Source: Girardia tigrina
Taxonomy: Eukaryota
DNA: 56,939 bases
NCBI GenBank assembly: GCA_001938485.1
Contig: MQRK01230279.1
Coordinates: 86,633-143,571 of the forward strand
Direction of reading: 5' to 3'
A program made the position numbers and the translations under genes. The notes beneath the pieces are model-generated. The model ran no database searches. It saw only the letters and a program-made list of their open reading frames with translations, and was not told the DNA's origin. Shown piece after piece: positions 50,682 through 56,939 of the stretch; the stretch's first letter is position 1, and each line of letters begins with the position of its first letter.

Positions 50682-52131
50682 TTAGGCTGGTCAAAAAATA
50701 ATGGCGGTTTTGGGACACAAACTTCAAAGACGTGCAAATTCACAGAAACAAAAGTTTATTAATCAAAGTATGAACCGTTGGCATCAATACATTTTTGCCA
50801 ATGAGAAACAAGTTGTTTTATTCCATCAGCATAAAATGCATCGGTTCTCGAAGCGATGAATTCTTGGAAGGAATTTTAAGCATCATTTTGGTTTTTGAAA
50901 ATTTTTTCACGTAAGAAGTTGTACAAATGCCTGAAAAAGTAGAAGTCCGTTGGCGAGAGATCTGGTGAATATGGTGGATGAAGCAGGGTTTCATAGCCCA
51001 ACTCATTAAGCTTTTGAAGAGTCACTTTTAAAATATGAGGTCTAGCGTTATCATGAAGAAGGATGGGACTTTTTCGATTGACCAATCCCGGACAAAGGGT
51101 TTTCAATTTNTTATGCATTTCATCAATTTCATGACAGTACCTCTCCGCTTTGATTGTTTCACCTGGATTCAAGAAACTATAGTGGATGATTCCAGCATCA
51201 CACCACCAAACTGTCACCATAACCTTACGGGGTCTTAGTTTCGGTTTTGGAAAGTTTTTCGGTACTTCATCTTTGTCCAACCACTGTGCAGATCGACGTC
51301 GGTTATCATACATGATACATTTCTCATCACAGGTAACAATACGATCAAGAAATGGATCGTTTTTATTGCGAAGATGATTGGGAGAACAAATTTCATAGCG
51401 TCGGTTCTTTTGATTTTCATTCAAATCATGTGGAACCCATTTATCAAGTTTCTTGATTTTTCCAAGTTGTTTTAAATGATCCAGGAATGTTGAATGACTA
51501 ATGCCCAACCCATCTGCAAGTTCTCTGATTGTTGTACGGGGATCTGTTTCCACTATTGTCCTCAAATTGTCATTGTTCACAGCAACTGGACGACCACGAC
51601 CTTCTTCATCTTCAAGGTTTTCATCTCCATCAGAAAATTTTCGGAACCATCGTTGCATTGTGCGTTCAGAAGCTGTTCCCTTACCAAACGCTTTATTGAT
51701 ATTGCGAGCCGTTCCCTGCTGCTTTACGACCCAGTTTAAATTCGTACAAGAAAATTGCTCGAATTTTAATTTTTTTCCATTATTAATTTAGCACCGTAAA
51801 TATTCTAAAAAATAACAGCAATATGTTAATAATGNNNNNNNNNNNNNNNNNNNNNNNNNNNNNNNNNNNNNNNNNNNNNNNNNNCTTTACGACCCAGTTT
51901 AAATTCGTACAAGAAAATTGCTCGAATTTTAATTTTTTTCCATTATTAATTTAGCACCGTAAATATTCTAAAAAATAACAGCAATATGTTAATAATGGCT
52001 ATATGAGTATACAGCTAGGCATAAGATTTCAAATAATATCTAACACTAATGCATTTAAACTTATATACATATCAAAGTAGATAAACAAAGTTTAAAGCTC
52101 AAAAACCGCCATTATTTTTCGACCAACCTGA
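50682..52131 (-). mobile_element. Mariner (DD34D, Mos1/Hsmar-like) nested in Zator
   Basis: TIRs TTAGGCTGGTCAAAAAATAATGGCGGTTTT / AAAACCGCCATTATTTTTCGACCAACCTGA with TA TSD; WVPHDL, VTCDEK, HDNARPH, YSPDLSPTDF. Contains an assembly gap. Confidence 0.94.
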
Positions 52132-52681
52132 TATGTAGGAGGATCTATTGGATACTAAAATGATATAATAGTATAAACTTAAATAATAAGTAGTAAATAA
52201 AAATATAAATTAGGATTACCAATATATCATCAATGTCAGTGTTGTGTTTCTTGTTGCCCAACAACAATCTGAAACGACCTAAATCATCAGTCGGTAATAT
52301 AAAAAGCCAATTCCCAAATCAAAAGCAAATTCAAGTCGTCTGCAATTCATTTATAGGGATGTAGGATTCTTATCGCCAAAAACCTTCAGAAACAGTAATT
52401 CATGATCGTGTTGAACAATTGTGGGGAAGTAAAACCTTAAATTCGTGTCTTGAAAATATGATGAAATTTACAACGGTTATTTTCGAAAAAAACATATAAT
52501 TTAATTTATTAATTAATTTTGTTAAAAAACAATTTGTTTAAATATTTTACTTTTTAAATGATTTCAAAAACCTTTCACTTCATGTTTTAAAATTGTACAA
52601 AAATGTGACTTTTAACAATTCTCAAAATAAAATAAAAATTTAATTTTTTCATTTACAGAAATTATTATTATTTACAGAATT

Positions 52682-55214
52682 ATGGACAAGAAATCATTGT
52701 ATGAAAAACTCTTCGAGGTATATAAGCGAGCTTATCCTACTATTTCCAAGCAACAAAATCAGCAAAAATGCAACGAATACTGGAATTCAATCAAAGCAAG
52801 TGTAGTGACCAAAAATTCCCCTAATTCGAAATCGGAATAAATTTGGTGATTTTAGTTCCGATACTTTATGAATTATCAATAAAAAAAATGGAAGAAGCTA
52901 ATCTTCTTTAAATAGTGGACGATTTGAGTTCGCATGATTCTTAATTAAAAAAATAAATCAACAACATTACAAAAAATATTATGTAAATAAAATGTGATTT
53001 TTAAAATTAAAGTTAAAAATTTATTTGGCATTGTAACTCAGAGAAAACATATTGTAAATTTTTATTAATCGAGTTTGTTTAAATATACTTTATGAAATGG
53101 CAAACTTGCATATTTTTGATTCGTTATAGTTTTATTTTCAATCTTGTCGTAAGAAAACCGATATGTCAGATAAATATGCTTCGTTTATCGGTACATGGGT
53201 GAACGTGAAATGCAAATCGTTCGTTTGTAATGGCACAATTGAAACAGTCCATGAAAATTGAATTTTATTATCGAATGCAGAAAATAGCGATTCTCAAATC
53301 ACATCGAAACACAAGGGAATCGAAAAATCAATAATTAATTCCGAATCGATCGACTCGAAACCGACAGTGGTAAATGTGTTTGCACCGGAGACACAGCCGC
53401 CAGTGATCAGGCGAGGCGGATCGAATTCGGTTATCGACAGAAACAATCGGAGAATTTCGATCGAATTCAATCCGTTGTCACGCGCGGTGGATAATTACAA
53501 TTCGAGGGAATGTCGATGCTCGAGGTGCAGAAACCAACTTTCCGACAAGACCCTCACAACTCCCTGTGGTGTCAATGCAGGTGGAGTCTCATGCACCTCC
53601 GCCACACACCACATTATATTAGCAAGAAATGATTTTCATGTCCTCTATGAATCGAAAATGAACGAACTTTCCAAGTCGAAAGGAAAAGGTTCATTGATGT
53701 CGTTCTTTACATCCAGTGCTAGTAAAGAAACCAGTTTGCCTTCAACAAGCAATTCTCGATCAAAATATATTTCTACGACTGAGTCTACATCTTCAACACA
53801 AGAATCGTCTAATACTATTCCAATTACTAATTTTCTAGAATATCCCAAACAAAACGCCATCAGTCAACAACTTTCAATTGTAAAAGCCGACATTGCTGGA
53901 TATTCACTTAGAGATAATGCTGATTTATTAACTTTTTATGATCAAGTCAAGTTTAAATCTCTCAAAATGAAGCTAAAGGAATTATTATTAGAAAAGGAAC
54001 TAAAAAATGCTCAGGACAACCAGAAACGACAAAAGGAATTTCGAGCTCAAAGAAAAAGCTTGAATGATGACATTTTAACAGAGCATCCAGAAATTGCTTC
54101 AAAAATGCTGATTCGTTCTAGAAAGGGAAGACCTGATATTACGGATAAGCAGCTTGAACTGCTCACCACAATCATAAAATAGCTACTTTAGGTACAGCAG
54201 CTGATGAAAAACGTCAATGTGAAATTTTAAACTATCAAGACTTTAAGTGAGCTTACTGATGCCTTGAGACAAAAAGGTTTTGAAATTGGTAAATCAACGG
54301 TGCATTATCATCTTCAACCAAGAAACTCTCGTTCTATTGATGGTAAAAAACATGTCAATACAGTTCCAGCTCGCTTAATCAAGGCATTGCGAGATAATCA
54401 TAAAAATCACCCGGATTCTGTTTTTTGCACAGCTACTTAAAATAATCTCCGTGAGATTGCATCATTTTTAGGTCCTGAGGAAGTAGCGATCATTAGTCAA
54501 GACGATAAGGCAAAAGTACCGATTGGTTTACCTGCAGCTAATTGTCAAGCGTCGTTGTTGATGAACATGGAATATCGAGTCACACTTCCTGATCATGATT
54601 GGGTTATTGCTCAATAACACTATTTGATACCTTCAGTTTATGCTGCATTAACGATTGATAACAACCGTTTTGGTGATCCAAATGCAGTTCAATATTCTGG
54701 TCCTACATACATCGCTGTAAAATCAGGAAAGCATTCTCATTCGACCGCATATTCGCATGCTAAAGATTTTGAACGTTTATATAATGTTGATCAGTTCAAA
54801 CGATTTCTTTTCGGTGAAAATAATTTATCAAAACCTGTAATGATAATTTTAGTTGATGGTGGTTCAGATGAAAATCCGCGTTATCAAAAAGTAATTGAAA
54901 CAGCTTTACATCATTTCATTGAACGTAGTCTTGATGTGATCTTCATATCTACTAATGCTCCCCATCGCAGTGCATTCAATCCAGTAGAACGTCGAATGGC
55001 TCCTCTTTCAAAACAACTGTCAGGACTCATTCTTCCACATGATAATTATGGTACCCATTTTGACTCAAATGGAAAAACTATAAATAATGATTTAGAATAC
55101 AAGAATTTTAAATTAGCTGGAGAAGCATTATGCGAAGTTTTCTCAAATATCATCATTGATTCTTACGAAACCGTTGTTGAATTTATTGATTGCGATAGCT
55201 CCGAGTTGGAATAA
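52682..55214 (+). pseudogene. Zator transposase pseudogene
   Basis: MDKKSLYEKLF..WNSIKA|RNDF rejoins in frame after removing the 52801-53626 insert. SQDDKAKVPIG..EYRVTLPDHDW, LIPSVYA, VDGGSDENPR, APHRSAFNPVERRMAPLS; several frameshifts and stops. Confidence 0.88.
52801..53621 (+). mobile_element. 821-bp inserted cassette with 5-bp TSD carrying an LSm-fold-like gene start
   Basis: GCAAG at 52796-52800 and 53622-53626; starts TGTAGTG. ATG at 53163 gives MSDKYASFIGTWVNVKCKSFVCNGTIETVHEN*ILLSNAEN...IINSESIDS. Confidence 0.75.
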
Positions 55215-55763
55215 ACTAATTTAATTCACAAATTTTAATTTAATTCAAATTCAGATTTTCCCAATAGAAAACTTCTATATTTAATACATTAACTTATTAA
55301 ATTCAAATATTTTAAAACTAGATAATATTTGAAAATATGATCATAACCTATCTTATCGAAAAAAATAGGAAGATTGGTCTGATATTGCATCAAATACCTC
55401 AATTTTTGCCAAGTTCAAAATCTGGATAGATAACGGTGAGTATTTTACATTTTTCTAAAGAACAGAGCATCGAAAAAATGCGTTATACATCAAACTTTGC
55501 TTAATTTTCTTCTCGATTTTTTAAGATATTAAAATTAATTCTAGTTACAATACAGGACGTAAAAATTGCGAAAACATAACCGTTTCTTACCCTGAATTCT
55601 TCTAAAAATTATCATTAAAAAGAATTAGATATAACTTTGTAAAAATATTTGTTACGTTACACAAGGGTGGAGGGTGGGTCAGGCGTTTTGTTACGGATTG
55701 TTACGAGGGGGAGGGGGCAAAAAAGGTTATTTTCTTGTTATGTAATAAGCAAACGATCTCTTA

Positions 55764-56939
55764 ATAATTCAAATTTTGCACCTTTCGAATATTTAAACAA
55801 ATCGGCTTTCAAGAGAATTTTTATAAGAATATTTGGAATCCATATTTATACTATATATTAATGATAATATTAAACATATAAATATTAATATACATTATTT
55901 ATGCTTACACCCCCCCTTCTTTAAAAGGTTTTAGCCATTTTATGTTTCGTCGTATTACTATTCCTGTTTTATTTCTTACCTCAAAACATCGGTCATGTAT
56001 TTTATCGATAATTTGGTACGGGCCTTCATAACGACCAGACCCTTTTTGTCTGTTTTCAATTTATATTAGTACCCAGTCACCTGGTACGAAAATATGTTTA
56101 GTCGTTTTCATCATCTGTTTATTGTTCTCACAATGTTTAACTTCTTCTATAACAGATTTATTATCAAGTTCATAATGCCATGATCCGTCCAGTGTCAATC
56201 GCTTTCCGAGAATCACTTCTGCGGAACTATATCCTATAGTTTTTTGTATTGAAGCATCTATGATAAATTCCATTTCTAGAAGTAATTCTACCCAGTTTTG
56301 TGACTTTCTGTCTTTTAATGTTGCATTTAATGAGTCTCGAATCGTCTGAAATTGTCGCTCTATTCTTCCATTCGTGCTATGATGATATGGACTGGAAAAT
56401 TTGATTTTGATTTGTCTGGCTTTGGCAAATTCTACAAATGACAGCGACTCGAACACCTTCCCACGATCCACGTGTATACATGCTGGTGATCCAAATTTGA
56501 ATATCCACTGATGCTGTATTGTACGAATGATGGTTGTTTCATCCTGATTGCTAACTGATCTTAAACTAACATATCTACTAAATCTATAGATTATTCCAAA
56601 TATATATTTTTTCTATTTACTGCCGGTAACGGTCCACAAAAATCCATATAAATATCATCGAATGGTCGCTTTGAGATTAAATCTATTGTTTCTTCTTTTG
56701 GGACTCCCGTATATATCTTGGACGTTTGACAGAATGGACATTCTCGTATGATTGTTTCGACATGTTTTGCGAATTCTTTAATATTATGATTAGTTCGCAA
56801 TTTAAATCGTGCTCGTAAAGATACAGGGTGCGGCAGCTATTTGAGAACACGTAATATAGACACCATATCTTTTTGTGTGTTATAATTACATAATTTTATT
56901 TTTGCTGGTAGACATGCCAGAAGCTACTCTTACGAATGA
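55764..56939 (-). mobile_element. Gypsy/Ty3 integrase, polypurine tract and start of the 3' LTR
   Basis: IRECPFCQ, YMDFCGPLP, HVDRGKVF, SSPYHHSTNGRIER, YEGPYQI; GAAGGGGGGG followed by TGTAAG (55909). Confidence 0.9.

Larger units (their letters stand above)
50416..55760 (+). mobile_element. Zator DNA transposon with both ends and two nested insertions
   Basis: 3-bp TSD TTA (50413-15 and 55761-63); imperfect TIRs sharing GCTTATTAC(G/A)TAAC; G-rich GTTACG subterminal motifs; Zator-type transposase inside. Confidence 0.85.

Noticed and set aside
51725-51996. About 110-bp direct repeat inside the mariner
   Set aside because: Identical copies flank a 50-N gap, which is an unmerged contig overlap.
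53259-53261. In-frame TGA in the LSm-like ORF as selenocysteine or readthrough
   Set aside because: No SECIS-like element recognised, and the surrounding element is decayed; a nonsense mutation is the simpler explanation.

Overview
This is an AT-rich eukaryotic (animal-like) genomic window with GT-AG introns, standard genetic code and two 50-N assembly gaps. Most of it is nested, decayed transposable elements. Host genes I can support: (i) the first four coding exons of a FIG4/Sac3-type Sac-domain phosphoinositide phosphatase (minus strand, 12046->1221, continuing off the left edge); (ii) a probable 3-exon minus-strand gene (40100->25329) ending in a Myb/SANT-like helix-turn-helix; (iii) an intronless 374-aa orphan ORF (18124-19248). 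Mobile elements: five distinct mariner copies, a deleted Tc1, a DD41D element, a pogo/Tigger element, hAT, a Zator with intact ends carrying two nested insertions, Gypsy and BEL/Pao remnants, several solo LTRs with TSDs, a 5'-inverted RTE LINE, Penelope-like remnants and MITEs. The most interesting pattern is repeated insertion of host-gene 5'-end fragments into TEs. An LSm-like cassette with a 5-bp TSD is fused in frame to the Zator transposase, an RRM-like cassette sits inside a BEL integrase, and an intron-containing copy of a neighbouring exon sits inside a solo LTR. A 115-bp inverted repeat also carries a minimal hammerhead ribozyme on each strand. All family assignments come from motif recognition by eye; no database search was run.
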